Below, piece after piece: positions 28,562 to 41,806 of a stretch of DNA of 64,000 bases. Positions within the stretch are counted from its first letter, which is position 1; every line of letters starts with the position of its first letter. The DNA lies in contig JASGJN010000013.1 of NCBI GenBank assembly GCA_049840735.1, forward strand, positions 256,001 through 320,000, written 5' to 3'. A program made the position numbers and the translations under genes. The notes under the pieces are model-generated. The model was not told where the DNA came from. It searched no databases and saw only the letters and a program-made list of their open reading frames with translations. This DNA comes from Anaeromyxobacter sp. Lineage in GTDB: Bacteria; Myxococcota; Myxococcia; Myxococcales; Anaeromyxobacteraceae.

Positions 28562-30193
28562 TCAGTTGCTGCTGCCGCGCGGGTTCTCCAGCTTCCTCAT
28601 CGCCTCGTCGACCGCCTTCTTCATGCTGAGCGTGTCGGCGCCCTGGCTCGGCGGAAACTCCTGGAGGCTCTTCAGGTGCTCGGCGAGGAAGGGCCCGGCG
28701 GCGGTGGGGGCCCAGAGCTTGCGGGCGAGGAACTGCCGGCCGACGTAGCCCCACTCCTCCGAGTCCGGGGTCATCTTCTCCATCGGGTCCATGAGCAGGT
28801 TCACCACGTAGGGGACGCTCGGGTAGGCCTTCTCGTCGAACCAGCTCCCGTGGTGCTTCACGCCCACGTGCAGCTTCCAGCCGTCCACCCGAAGTGCCAT
28901 GAGGTCCGTCTCGTCGTAGTAGAAGATCTCGCGCCGCGCCGACTTCGGCGTCTGACCGGTCCACAGCGGCAGGTTGTTGTAGCCGTCCAGGTGGACCTTG
29001 TAGGTCGCGCCGCCGATCTTCCTTCCCTTGAGCAGCTCCTCCTTCAGGTTCGGCAGCCCCGCAGCCGCGGCCAGCGTCACGAACAGGTCCTCGTGGCTCT
29101 GGATGCCGTTGGAGGACGCGCCGGGCCGGATCTTGCCGGGCCACCGCACCAGCATGGGCACGCGGAGGCCGCCCTCCCAGGTCGTCCCCTTCTCGCCGCG
29201 GAAGGGCGCGTAGCCGCCGTCGGGCCAGTACATCAGCTCGTTGCCGTTGTCGGTGGTGTAGACGACGATCGTGTTCTCCGCGGCTCCCAGCTCGTCGAGC
29301 TTCTTCAGCAGCGCGCCGACCAGCTCGTCGTGCTCGATCATGCGCGCGCGCGCGACGTCCTCCTCCGCGCGCCCCTCGTCGACCGCCATCCGCACGTACC
29401 TCTCGGCGGGGTGTGACCAGATGTGAATGGCGGTCGAGTTGTACCAGCAGAAGAACGGCTTTCCGCTCTTCACTGCGCCCTCGAGCCACCTGAGCGTCTC
29501 GGTGGTGACCTCCTGGTCGATGGTCTCCATGCGCTTGCGCGTGAGCTTGCCGGTATCCTCGATGCGCTGCTTGCCGATACGGCCGAACTTCGGGTCGGTG
29601 GTCGCATCGTCCCTGTCGGTGGCCCAGGCATGGAGCACGCCGCGCGGGCCGAACTTCTTCGTGTACTCGGGGCTCTTCTGGCCCGGGTAGTCGAGCTCCT
29701 CCGGCTCCTCCTCGGCGTTGAGGTGGTAGAGGTTCCCGAACCACTCGTCGAACCCGTGCGCGGTGGGCAGGAACTCGTTGCGGTCGCCGAGGTGGTTCTT
29801 GCCGAACTGGCCGGTGACGTAGCCCAGGGGCTTCAGGACCTCCGCGAGCGTCGGATCCGACTTCTGGATCCCTCGGGTCGAGCCGGGGATGCCGACGGTG
29901 GTCATCCCCGTGCGCACGGGGAGCTGCCCCATGATGAAGGCGGACCGGCCCGCGGTGCAGCTCGGCTGGCCGTAGTGATCCGTGAAGAGCATGCCCTCGG
30001 CGGCGATGCGGTCGATGTTGGGCGTGCTGCCCATCATCCCGTGGGTGTACGCGCCCACGTTCCACATCCCGATGTCGTCGCCGAAGATGACGAGGATGTT
30101 GGGCCTCTTCTGCGCCTGCGCCAGCGCAGGGATGAGCAGCAACGCTGCCACGAGCGCTCCCGCGCGCCCAACCGAGGTCACGTCTCGCGGCAT
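28562..30193 (-). CDS. Exported arylsulfatase
   Basis: Signal peptide, PNILVIFGDDIG, SCTAGR (CxAxR) and GKNHLG. Confidence 0.93.
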   Translation of the reverse strand: MPRDVTSVGRAGALVAALLLIPALAQAQKRPNILVIFGDDIGMWNVGAYTHGMMGSTPNIDRIAAEGMLFTDHYGQPSCTAGRSAFIMGQLPVRTGMTTVGIPGSTRGIQKSDPTLAEVLKPLGYVTGQFGKNHLGDRNEFLPTAHGFDEWFGNLYHLNAEEEPEELDYPGQKSPEYTKKFGPRGVLHAWATDRDDATTDPKFGRIGKQRIEDTGKLTRKRMETIDQEVTTETLRWLEGAVKSGKPFFCWYNSTAIHIWSHPAERYVRMAVDEGRAEEDVARARMIEHDELVGALLKKLDELGAAENTIVVYTTDNGNELMYWPDGGYAPFRGEKGTTWEGGLRVPMLVRWPGKIRPGASSNGIQSHEDLFVTLAAAAGLPNLKEELLKGRKIGGATYKVHLDGYNNLPLWTGQTPKSARREIFYYDETDLMALRVDGWKLHVGVKHHGSWFDEKAYPSVPYVVNLLMDPMEKMTPDSEEWGYVGRQFLARKLWAPTAAGPFLAEHLKSLQEFPPSQGADTLSMKKAVDEAMRKLENPRGSSN

Positions 30194-30398
30194 GGATCCG
30201 CTCCTTCACCCTGCGTGAGGCCTGAACTCTTGCAGCGAAGTGACATGGCTTCACCCCTACGATGGGTGTGGGCCCTCCGTGGGCCGCTGGCTCGCGCTTG
30301 CGCCCCGGTGACGACACGTCGCGCCACGGCGGCCGGTCCTCCGGCTGGACTGCTGCGCCACCCTCGCATCCCGCATACGATGGACGAGCACCCGGATC

Positions 30399-32816
30399 GT
30401 GGCGTGGAAGGCGAACTCCTCACTGGCGGGGCGATCACCCTTGAAGAAGACCGCGCGCCAGAGAAGGCCGACCGCCGCGCCTTCCCATGGAAGGGGGACC
30501 TGGCGGGCAGGCGTCCGCCTGGTCGGCTTCTTCGCCCTGACCGCCGTCGCCGCCGCACTCGTCGCGGCGCTCGTCCACCGGCACTCCTCGCCGTCCTCCT
30601 CCGGGCCCCCCGCGACCCCGGCTGCGACGGCCGGGTTCGTGGGCAGCGAGGCCTGCGCCGAGTGCCATCGCCCCGAGCACACCGCCTGGAAGGGCTCCCA
30701 GCACGCACGCGCCATGCAGCACGCGACCCTGGCGACGGTGCGGGGCGACTTCAGCGGCACGACCTTCACGAACCAGGGCGTCCGCTCGACCTTCTTCACT
30801 CGCGATGCCCGGCTCTTCGTCCGGACCGATGGACCGGACGGCCAGCTCTCCGACTTCGAGGTGCAGTACACCTTTGGCCTGGAGCCGCTGCAGCAATACC
30901 TGGTCGAGCTGCCTGGCGGGCGGCTGCAGGCGCTCTCGATCGCCTGGGACACGCGCGCCGCCTCGGACGGCGGGCAGCGCTGGCTTCACCTCTACCCCGG
31001 CGAGCACATCGACCACCGCGACGAGCTCCACTGGACGAAGCGCGCCCAGAACTGGAACCACATGTGCGCGGACTGCCACTCGACCAACGTTCGCAAGGGC
31101 TACGAACCGGATGCCGACCGGTTCGCGACGGGCTGGTCGGAGCTGACGGTCGGATGCGAGGCGTGCCACGGGCCCGGGTCGGCGCACATCGCCTGGGCGC
31201 GATCACCCCGGCGCACCGACGGCACGCACGGCCTGACCGTCGCGCTCGAAGAGCGCCGCGGCGTCACCTGGCGCGTCGATCCCGGGACCGGGGCGGTCAC
31301 CCGGAGCCGCGGCCGCCCGGAGGACCGCGAGATCGAGGCCTGCGCGCCCTGCCACGCTCGGCGCGCTCAGATCGCGGAGGGCTACCGCGCCGGCGCTCCC
31401 TTCCTCGACCACTACGCCCCCTCGCTGCTCGAGCCAGGCCTGTACCACGCAGACGGTCAGCAGCGCGGCGAGGTCTATATCTGGGGTTCATTCCTGCAGA
31501 GCAGGATGTATCGCGAGGGGGTGACCTGCAGCGATTGCCACGAGCCGCACACGGGCCGGCTGCGCAGCGAGGGCAACGGCGTGTGCACCCGGTGCCACGT
31601 GGCGTCGAGATACGCCAGCCGGCAGCACCATTTCCACGATCCGGACTCGCCCGGGGGGAGCTGCGTCGCCTGCCACATGCCGGCGCGCGACTACATGGTC
31701 GTCGACCCGCGACGCGACCACAGCCTGCGGGTCCCGCGGCCGGACCTCACCACCGCCCTCGGCGTGCCGAACGCCTGCAACGGCTGCCACCGACGGCGGA
31801 GCGCGCGATGGGCGGCCGACGCCGTGAGGCGCTGGTATGGGCGGGACGGGCGAAGCTTCCAGACGTTCGCGGAGAGCTTCCACGCGGCGGAGGCGGGCGG
31901 CCGGGATGCGGTGAGCACCCTCGCAGCGGCCGCGGCCGACCTCGGCCAGTCTCCCATCGCCCGGGCCTCGGCGCTGGCGCGCCTCTCCCCGACCGACGAC
32001 CCACCAGTCCTTGCAGCCGCGCTCGCCGCGGCGCACGATCCGAGTCCGGTGCTCCGGCTGGCGGCCGCCTCGTTCGCCGCGTCGCTGCCGCCGCGGGCAC
32101 GACCTGGCCTCGCCGGCCCGCTCCTCGCCGACCCGCTGCGGGCCGTCCGGGTCGAAGCAGCCGGCGCGCTCGCCGGGGTTCCGCTCGAGCAGCTCACCCC
32201 CGACGCCCGGGCCGCGTGGCCCCGCGCCGCGGAGGACTACATCGCGGCGCAGCGGTACGCCGCGGACCGCCCCGAGGCGCGGACGAACCTGGGCACGTTC
32301 TACGCCCGGCTCGGCCGGTTCGGCGAGGCGGCGGCCGAGTTCGACGCCGCGATCCGGCTCGATCCCGCCTTCGTCCCCGCCTACGTGAACTCCGCGGACG
32401 CCTTCCGCGCGCAGGGGCTCGAGGACGATGCGCTGCGACGGCTCGAGGCCGGCCTCGCAGCGGCGCCGAGGAGCGCGGCTTTGCATCACGCGCTCGGGCT
32501 CGCGCAGGCGAGGCGACGGGACGAGGTCGCGGCGCTGGCGGCGCTCGCTCGCGCCGCCGCCCTCGAGCCCGGCAACGCGCGTTACGCCTACGTCCATGCG
32601 ATCGCGCTCAGCTCGTTTGGAAGGACCTCCCAGGCCATCGAAGCGCTGGAGCGCGCGGCCACACGCTGGCCCAGGAACCGCGACGTCCTGTACGCGCTCG
32701 CGACCACCCGGCGCGACGCGGGCCGGATCGCCGCCGCCCGCGAGGCCGCCCGCGCCCTGATCGCCGCCTACCCCGGCGATCGCGAGGCGCGGGAGCTCGT
32801 CGAGGCGCTCCGGTGA
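30399..32816 (+). CDS. Multiheme cytochrome c with HEAT/TPR C-terminus (start uncertain)
   Basis: 8 CxxCH motifs, an N-terminal TM segment and TPR repeats. Confidence 0.88.
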   Translation: MAWKANSSLAGRSPLKKTARQRRPTAAPSHGRGTWRAGVRLVGFFALTAVAAALVAALVHRHSSPSSSGPPATPAATAGFVGSEACAECHRPEHTAWKGSQHARAMQHATLATVRGDFSGTTFTNQGVRSTFFTRDARLFVRTDGPDGQLSDFEVQYTFGLEPLQQYLVELPGGRLQALSIAWDTRAASDGGQRWLHLYPGEHIDHRDELHWTKRAQNWNHMCADCHSTNVRKGYEPDADRFATGWSELTVGCEACHGPGSAHIAWARSPRRTDGTHGLTVALEERRGVTWRVDPGTGAVTRSRGRPEDREIEACAPCHARRAQIAEGYRAGAPFLDHYAPSLLEPGLYHADGQQRGEVYIWGSFLQSRMYREGVTCSDCHEPHTGRLRSEGNGVCTRCHVASRYASRQHHFHDPDSPGGSCVACHMPARDYMVVDPRRDHSLRVPRPDLTTALGVPNACNGCHRRRSARWAADAVRRWYGRDGRSFQTFAESFHAAEAGGRDAVSTLAAAAADLGQSPIARASALARLSPTDDPPVLAAALAAAHDPSPVLRLAAASFAASLPPRARPGLAGPLLADPLRAVRVEAAGALAGVPLEQLTPDARAAWPRAAEDYIAAQRYAADRPEARTNLGTFYARLGRFGEAAAEFDAAIRLDPAFVPAYVNSADAFRAQGLEDDALRRLEAGLAAAPRSAALHHALGLAQARRRDEVAALAALARAAALEPGNARYAYVHAIALSSFGRTSQAIEALERAATRWPRNRDVLYALATTRRDAGRIAAAREAARALIAAYPGDREARELVEALR

Positions 32817-32853
32817 CGGGCTCCGGCTGGTCCGGTCTGGCGTCGGATCGCGC

Positions 32854-33927
32854 TCATCGGGCCGGCGCGGCGTCGTGGACGGCCGCGAAGACGACCTTCC
32901 AGTCCCGCTTCATGTCCACCACCGTCCACCCCAGCGCCTTGGCCTCGTCGAGCCCGCGGTCGAGCCGGCCCACCTGGGAGCGCCGGTCATAGGACCACTC
33001 GCGCTCCGCGTCGGTGTGGTGCAGGTAGAGGCAGAGGCGACGACCGCGGCCGGCCGCGGTCCACTGGAGCATCTCCAGGTCGCCATCCGAGTTTCCGAAG
33101 GCGGCGATGGGCCGCCGCCCGATGGCCTGCTGGATGCCGACGGGCTTCCCTGGACCGTCGTCGACGAAGTTCACCTGGGGTAGCCGAACCAGCGCCGGCT
33201 TGCCATCTCGCACTTCGAAGCGGGTCGTGATGCTGCTGCCGATCACCTGCTCGGGCGGGATCCCATAGCTCTGCTCCGCCCACGCGCGCATGAACTCGAC
33301 GCCACCGCCGGAGACGATGTACGTCTTGAACCCGTTGGCGCGCAGGTAGGCCAGCAGCTCCACCATCGGCTGGTACACCATCTCGGTGAAGAGCCGCCCC
33401 GTCCCTGGGTGCCGAGCGGTGGCGATCCACTGGCGCACGGTGGTGTCGAACTCGTCGGTGGTCATGCCCGCGTGCGTGGCCATGACCAGCTCCACGAGCG
33501 CACGCTCCCCGCCGCCCATCGCGCTCTTCGCGTCGCCCCGGAGCACCGAGGCGAACGGCTCCTTCTGCTTCCACTCGGGATGCCGTGGCGCGAGCGCCTT
33601 CACGCGATCCATGGCGAAGATCAGCTGGACGTAGATGGGCTGCTCGGCCCAGAGGGTGCCGTCGTTGTCGAACGTGGCGATGCGCTCGGCGACCGGCACG
33701 AAGTCCGTCGACCCCTCCCTCGTCACGCTCTCCACGAAGCGGACGATGGCCGTCTTGGCCGCTCCGTCGTTCCAGGACGGGAGCGCGTCGCCCCCTGCGC
33801 CGTCGGCGCGGGCGGGCGCCGAGCCGGCCAGCATCAGCGCGACGCAGAGCCGGGTCGCGGAGAGCGTCCCAGGCACCGCGTCGAGGCGGCGGCCGCGCGG
33901 CCTGCCCTCAAGGTGATTGCCGTGCAT
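32854..33927 (-). CDS. Exported HAD-family phosphatase (start uncertain)
   Basis: LPSWNDG, ATFDNDGTLW, YIVSGG, GKP and FGNSDGD. Confidence 0.9.
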   Translation of the reverse strand: MHGNHLEGRPRGRRLDAVPGTLSATRLCVALMLAGSAPARADGAGGDALPSWNDGAAKTAIVRFVESVTREGSTDFVPVAERIATFDNDGTLWAEQPIYVQLIFAMDRVKALAPRHPEWKQKEPFASVLRGDAKSAMGGGERALVELVMATHAGMTTDEFDTTVRQWIATARHPGTGRLFTEMVYQPMVELLAYLRANGFKTYIVSGGGVEFMRAWAEQSYGIPPEQVIGSSITTRFEVRDGKPALVRLPQVNFVDDGPGKPVGIQQAIGRRPIAAFGNSDGDLEMLQWTAAGRGRRLCLYLHHTDAEREWSYDRRSQVGRLDRGLDEAKALGWTVVDMKRDWKVVFAAVHDAAPAR

Positions 33928-34074
33928 CCCGCACCCTCCCGGGTCACCGTCTGCTGTGCGAGTGGCCTCGCTTGGCCATCCCGAACGCAGCCCCGTACAC
34001 GAAGACCTACCGGGAGTGGTGCGAAAATGCCGGTCCAGTGCGACGTAAGTGCCCCCAGCACCCTGACGGAGCAG

Positions 34075-34482
34075 CTACGACCGGCGCTCGGCGACGAACG
34101 CCGCTCCCCGCGGCGGCATGCCGTTCACCTCGACGAGCGGCTCGTCTCCGTCAGCCTCGACGAACGAGAGCTTCAACTGCTTCCCGAGCGCCAAGCCGAT
34201 CTTCCGGAGTGTTTCCCATCGGGGCGTCCGCTGGTCGAGGCCGCGCTCCATCCGCGCGATCATCGGCTGGCTGACCCCGACCATCTTCGCGAGCTGCGCC
34301 TGCGTCAGCCCCGCCTGCTCGCGCATGCTGCGAACGACGATGGCGACCTCGTGGACGAGCCGACGCTGCTCGAGGTGGTGTCGGAACTCGGGGTCCGCGA
34401 GCTGCTTCCCGAGGTAGGCATCGAGCGCCACTCCGGCGGGTCGCATCGTCTTCCTGGTGGTCCGGCGAGCCATCGTCGTCAC
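34075..34482 (-). CDS. XRE HTH antitoxin (HigA-like)
   Basis: MREQAGLTQAQLAKMVGVSQPMIARMERG; downstream of a RelE-like toxin. Confidence 0.82.
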   Translation of the reverse strand: MTTMARRTTRKTMRPAGVALDAYLGKQLADPEFRHHLEQRRLVHEVAIVVRSMREQAGLTQAQLAKMVGVSQPMIARMERGLDQRTPRWETLRKIGLALGKQLKLSFVEADGDEPLVEVNGMPPRGAAFVAERRS

Positions 34483-34483
34483 C

Positions 34484-34798
34484 TCACAGCTTCTTCATTC
34501 GTCCGCGGGCCGCGGCGATGCCAGCGTCCTGGTCCTGCTTCTTGCAGACGTGCAGGACCCAGACGACGCCGCTCTTCTGGCAGAAGAACGTGCGGAAGCC
34601 ACCCGTCCGGATCTCGAACATCCCGCGGTTCTGCTGCCCCCTGATCGGCTTCATCGAAATCGGCGCCTGCAGCCCGTGGTCCCGAAAGGCCATGATGTCC
34701 GCGACGACCTGCGCCCGATCGCGGCCGAGCAGCTCGTCGAGGAACTCGGTGGGCTGGCTCCGCCCAGCGTGGGTCGTGTAGAAGCGGACCTCGAACAC
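34484..34798 (-). CDS. RelE/HigB (Gp49-like) toxin
   Basis: VRFYTT...EFLDEL...MFEIRT...VLHVCKKQ. Confidence 0.8.
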   Translation of the reverse strand: MFEVRFYTTHAGRSQPTEFLDELLGRDRAQVVADIMAFRDHGLQAPISMKPIRGQQNRGMFEIRTGGFRTFFCQKSGVVWVLHVCKKQDQDAGIAAARGRMKKL

Positions 34799-35063
34799 TC
34801 CGTGACATAACCACGTGGATATTAGCGCGTCAAGCGGGCTTTACACCAGCGGAGTACGATGGACGCACATGCAACGTCTCGGACCCGGCGAAGGCCTCGC
34901 GTCGCCGCCGCCTCCTACGCCGCCTGCCCCCATGGTGAACAAGGCCGCCGACGCCTGGCTCCCCGGCGCTCATGGCCCTTGAGACATGCCCCAGCTGCGG
35001 CGATGAGGGCAACGGGGCCAGCTGACCCGCATCGCGTCCCCGTTCGACTACGAAGCAGGCGAC

Positions 35064-35384
35064 CTACGCCGCCGACGTCAGCCTCAGTCCGACGATCGAC
35101 ACCACGAGGAGCGCGACGAAGACGATGCGCAGCGGGGGCATCGCCTCATCGAAGAGGACGATGCCGCCGATGGCCGCCCCGACGACGCCGATCCCAACCC
35201 AGACCGCGTAGGCCGTTCCGATCGGAAGGGTGCGTGCTGCTCGTGCGAGCAGGAGCATGCTCGCGACGATCGCGGAGGCAGTGATGACCGTCGGGACCGG
35301 ACGCGTGAAGCCCTGCGTGTACTTGAGACCGAGTGACCAGACGACTTCCAGGAGACCAGCGACGACAAGGACGAACCACGCCAT
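35064..35384 (-). CDS. sugE: SMR-family guanidinium exporter Gdx/SugE
   Basis: [30 protein letters not shown]. Confidence 0.93.
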   Translation of the reverse strand: MAWFVLVVAGLLEVVWSLGLKYTQGFTRPVPTVITASAIVASMLLLARAARTLPIGTAYAVWVGIGVVGAAIGGIVLFDEAMPPLRIVFVALLVVSIVGLRLTSAA

Positions 35385-35397
35385 GGAATCCCTCCAC

Positions 35398-35437
35398 GGC
35401 CCGTCGTTCCTTCCTGGTACGGGTCGCCCTCGTCAGG
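35398..35437 (-). ncRNA. Guanidine-III (ykkC-III) riboswitch
   Basis: Minus strand CCTG-ACGAGG-GCGA-CCCGT-AC-CAGG-AAGGAACG-ACGGG-CC: P1 CCTG/CAGG and pseudoknot CCCGT/ACGGG, next to the sugE RBS. Confidence 0.78.
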
Positions 35438-35526
35438 GCTCGAAATGAGCGGGCCATACATAGTCCGCCCGGGTCCGTCTGGGCAACCCACGTCGTCTCG
35501 CGAAGGCCTCGCGTCGCCGCCGCCTC

Positions 35527-38500
35527 CTACGCCGCCTGCCCCAGCACCAGCTCGATCCTCTCCGGGTCCGGCGGCTTCGCCACGTGGACGTCGAACCCGG
35601 CGGCGAACGCGCTCGCGACGTCGTCCGGGTGCGCATAGCCGCTCACGGCGACCAGCCTGAGCTTGCGGTGGCCCGCCACGCCACGGCACTGCCGGGCGAA
35701 CTCGTAGCCGTCCATCCCGGGGAGCCCGATGTCGCAGAGGACGACGTCCGGGAGCGCCTCCGCCACGCGCGCGAGCCCGTCGAAGGCGTCATAGGCCACC
35801 TCGACGTCGTGGCCCATCATCGAGACCAGCTGCGCGAGCGAGTCTGCGGCGTCGTGGTTGTCGTCGATGACCAGGACCCGGCGCCGCCCGGCCGCCGCGG
35901 GGATGACCGGAGCTGCCGCCGCGCTCGAAGGGGCGCGCTCCACGCCGGCGAGCGGGAAGCGCAGGACGAACTCCGTCCCGTGCCCCGGTCCCTCGCTCAC
36001 GGCCGAGACCTCGCCGCCGTGCAGCGCGACGAGGCTCCTCACCAGCGCCAGGCCCAGCCCGAGCCCGCCCTCGCTCCGCGCCAGGGTCTGCTTCGCCTGG
36101 GTGAAGGGCTCGAAGATCGACGGCATCATCTCCCGGTCGATGCCCGCGCCGGTGTCGGCCACCCTCACGACCGCGCTCGGCTCCTGCTCCTCGACGGTCA
36201 CGGTGACCCTCCCCCCCGCTGGCGTGAACTTGGCCGCGTTGTGGAGGAGGTTCCCGAGCACCTGCGCGAGGCGCGTCTCGTCGCCGTACACCGGGACGCG
36301 CCTGGCGGGCAGCGCCACCGCCAGCTCGAGGTGGCGCTCGCGCATCAGGGGGCGGTGGTCCTCCGCGGCCCGCCGGGCCAGCGCGGCGAGATCCAGCGCC
36401 GCGCTGCGCAGCTCGATTCTGCCGCGCGCGATCCGGGTCACGTCGAGGAGGTCGTCGACGAGCCGCGTCAGGTGCGCCAGCTGGCGGCCGGCGATCTGCC
36501 GGGCGCGGGCCGCCTGGGGTCCGCTCGCCTCGGCATGGTCGAGGATGTGGAGCGCGTTGCGGATGGGGGCGAGCGGGTTGCGCAGCTCGTGCGAGAGCAT
36601 CCCCAGGAACTCGTCCTTGCGGCGGTCCGCCTCCCGCAGCGCGAGCTCGGCCCGGCGCTGCTCGGTGAGATCGGTGGCGGAGAGGAAGATGAGCCGCTGG
36701 CCGCTCGCGGTGCGCACCAGCGCGCCGGAGTAGGAGATGAACCGCTCCCAGCCCTGATCCGGCCGCCGGATGCGCAGCTCCAGGCCGCGGACCGCCTCAC
36801 CGCGCTTGATGCGCCGGATGGGCCACTCGCCAACCTCGAGCTGGCGCGTGCCGTCCGGCGTCCAGAGCTCGAACGTCCCACGCAGCCGCTCCAGCGGCTC
36901 GATCCCCTCGCGCTCGCTCCGGAGACCGTGCATGGCCCGGGCCGCGGGGTTCCAGTAGATCACCTGCTCGTCCTCGGTCGCGAGGATCGCGCCCTCGGCG
37001 AAGTTCTCGATGGCGGCGTTCCAGCGCTCCTCGCTGGCGCGCAGCGCCTCGTTGGTCTCGCGGAGCGCCTCCTCCGCCTGCTGGCGCGCCTGCTCCGCGC
37101 GCTTGCGCTCGCTGAGGTCGATCCCGATCCCGACCTGCGTGTCGTCGGAGAGCCTCAGGTTGGCCCACGTGCTCGGCACGACGTTGCCGCCCCTGGCCAC
37201 CACCGGGAACTCGCGCCAGCCGGGCGCGAGGCTCGTCATGTGCTCGACGGCGTTCGCGCGCACCTCGGGGTCCGGGTAGGCGCGGAGCATGAGGTCGCCG
37301 GCGGCGGCGTCCGCCTCCGTCCACCCCAGGACACGCTTGAACTCCTCGTTGAACCTGAAGCCGCCCAGGGCGGGGTGGTACATGGTGATCATCACCGGCA
37401 GCCGGTCGACCAGCCTCGCCAGCAGCTCCTTCTCTCGCGCGCTCGCCTCCTCGGCGCGCTTCCTCCGCGTGATGTCCGTGAAGATGATGGCGAACTGCCC
37501 CGGCGCGGGCTGGTAGCTGTAGACGTCGAAGTGCCGGTCGAGGTCCCGGTTGTAGTTCTCGAACCGGACCGGCTTCCCGGAGAGGGCGACGGCCCCGTAG
37601 ATCTCGACCCACGCCGGCTCCAGCCCCGGGAGCACCTCGCGGAGCGGACGTCCGCGGGCCCGCTCCACCTCCAGCCCCGACTGGCGCTCGAAAGCGGCGT
37701 TCATCTCGACGAACCGGATGTCGCGCAGGGTCCCGGCCTCGTCCAGGATCGGCTCCCCGATGGCGAACCCCTCGGTCATGCTGCTGAAGAGGTTGCGGTA
37801 CCGCTCCTCGCTCGCGCGAAGCGCCTCCTCGCCGCGCCTGCGGTCGGCGAGGATGGCCTCCAGCTGGGCGGCGTGGGCCCGCGCGTCCTCCTCGGCCCTG
37901 CGGATGGCCTCCTCCGCGCGCTTCTGCTGCGAGACGTCGCGGGTGATGGCCAGGATGGAGGCCACCTGGCCGGACTCGTCCCGCTCCGGGACGAACAGCG
38001 ACGAGAAGGCCTGCCGACCGAAGGCCGGGCTCTCGAACTCGAACTCGACGGTCCGCTGCTCGCCGGTCGCGAAGACCGCCTCGAAGTGGCCCTTCCAGAA
38101 CGCCACCTTCTCCGGCGGCATCCCCAGCTCGGCGTTGGTCTTCCCCACCACCTCGCGCGCCGGGACGCCGTATACCTGCGCGCCGTAGCCGTTCACGTAG
38201 GTGTGCCGGAGCCGCCGGTCGAAGCGCGCGATGACCTCGGGCGCGTTCTCCGCCAGGGTCCGGTAGCCCTCCACCGCGCGGCGCAGCGCCCGCTGTGCCT
38301 GGATGCGCGCGGTGACGTCGCGGGTGAAGGCCAGGACCGACAGGACGCGCCCGTCCGCCCCTGACTCCGGGACGAGCGTGGCCTCGAAGTGCCGCCTCGC
38401 GGCGCCCTGGCCGGTGTCGAATTCGAAGCCCGCCGGCGCGGCGCGGTCGAACGCACGCGTGAGCTGCCGCTCCCAGGCGCCGACCAGCGCGGGATCCAGC

Positions 38501-38664
38501 CCCAGGTCCCGGTGCGTCCTGCCGAGCACCTGCCCGGCGGGCAGGCCGGCGAGGCGCGCCGCAGCGGCGTTCACGGAGAGATGCCGCAGCTGGCGATCGA
38601 ACCGCGCGATGAGGGCGTCCGGCTCGGCGCCGCTCTCCGTCCTCCAGCCAGGCTGGCTGTCCAT
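35527..38664 (-). CDS. Multi-PAS hybrid sensor histidine kinase/response regulator
   Basis: Several PAS repeats, [15 protein letters not shown] and a C-terminal receiver domain. Confidence 0.93.
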   Translation of the reverse strand: MDSQPGWRTESGAEPDALIARFDRQLRHLSVNAAAARLAGLPAGQVLGRTHRDLGLDPALVGAWERQLTRAFDRAAPAGFEFDTGQGAARRHFEATLVPESGADGRVLSVLAFTRDVTARIQAQRALRRAVEGYRTLAENAPEVIARFDRRLRHTYVNGYGAQVYGVPAREVVGKTNAELGMPPEKVAFWKGHFEAVFATGEQRTVEFEFESPAFGRQAFSSLFVPERDESGQVASILAITRDVSQQKRAEEAIRRAEEDARAHAAQLEAILADRRRGEEALRASEERYRNLFSSMTEGFAIGEPILDEAGTLRDIRFVEMNAAFERQSGLEVERARGRPLREVLPGLEPAWVEIYGAVALSGKPVRFENYNRDLDRHFDVYSYQPAPGQFAIIFTDITRRKRAEEASAREKELLARLVDRLPVMITMYHPALGGFRFNEEFKRVLGWTEADAAAGDLMLRAYPDPEVRANAVEHMTSLAPGWREFPVVARGGNVVPSTWANLRLSDDTQVGIGIDLSERKRAEQARQQAEEALRETNEALRASEERWNAAIENFAEGAILATEDEQVIYWNPAARAMHGLRSEREGIEPLERLRGTFELWTPDGTRQLEVGEWPIRRIKRGEAVRGLELRIRRPDQGWERFISYSGALVRTASGQRLIFLSATDLTEQRRAELALREADRRKDEFLGMLSHELRNPLAPIRNALHILDHAEASGPQAARARQIAGRQLAHLTRLVDDLLDVTRIARGRIELRSAALDLAALARRAAEDHRPLMRERHLELAVALPARRVPVYGDETRLAQVLGNLLHNAAKFTPAGGRVTVTVEEQEPSAVVRVADTGAGIDREMMPSIFEPFTQAKQTLARSEGGLGLGLALVRSLVALHGGEVSAVSEGPGHGTEFVLRFPLAGVERAPSSAAAAPVIPAAAGRRRVLVIDDNHDAADSLAQLVSMMGHDVEVAYDAFDGLARVAEALPDVVLCDIGLPGMDGYEFARQCRGVAGHRKLRLVAVSGYAHPDDVASAFAAGFDVHVAKPPDPERIELVLGQAA

Positions 38665-39008
38665 GTGGCCCTCCCGCGACACGGACCCACACAACCGCTG
38701 GTGAGGAACCAGTCATTCCGCGCCCGCCGCGAGGCCTGCCTGGCCGGGCGCCCAGCCTGGCCTCGCCAGGTTGCTGCACGACCACCATCCGGGGGCGGTC
38801 ATTGGAGGCGCCTCCGCTGCGCGGTTCATTCGGGTCCGGCTGCACCGGGGCTCGCTGCGTGAGGCGTCCGATCCCGTGGAACCGCGACGCGTTTCGCGCG
38901 ATGCGCGGCCTCGCTCACACCTCCGCTCCCTGGCTACTCCCAAGAGCCCATTGTCCCGCACCCGGCGGCTGTGGGGAGCATGTGCGTTCCCCGTTGCCGG
39001 AGGTAGCG

Positions 39009-41802
<2,794 letters not shown>

Positions 41803-41806
<4 letters not shown>

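Larger units (their letters stand above)
34888..35543. repeat. 44-bp direct repeats (34888-34931 and 35500-35543) flanking sugE
   Basis: GCGAAGGCCTCGCGTCGCCGCCGCCTCCTACGCCGCCTGCCCCA occurs at both positions. Confidence 0.85.

Noticed and set aside
35385..35460. Guanidine-II (mini-ykkC) riboswitch upstream of sugE
   Set aside because: Two clean ACGR-loop hairpins are not present; the pseudoknot pattern fits guanidine-III better.
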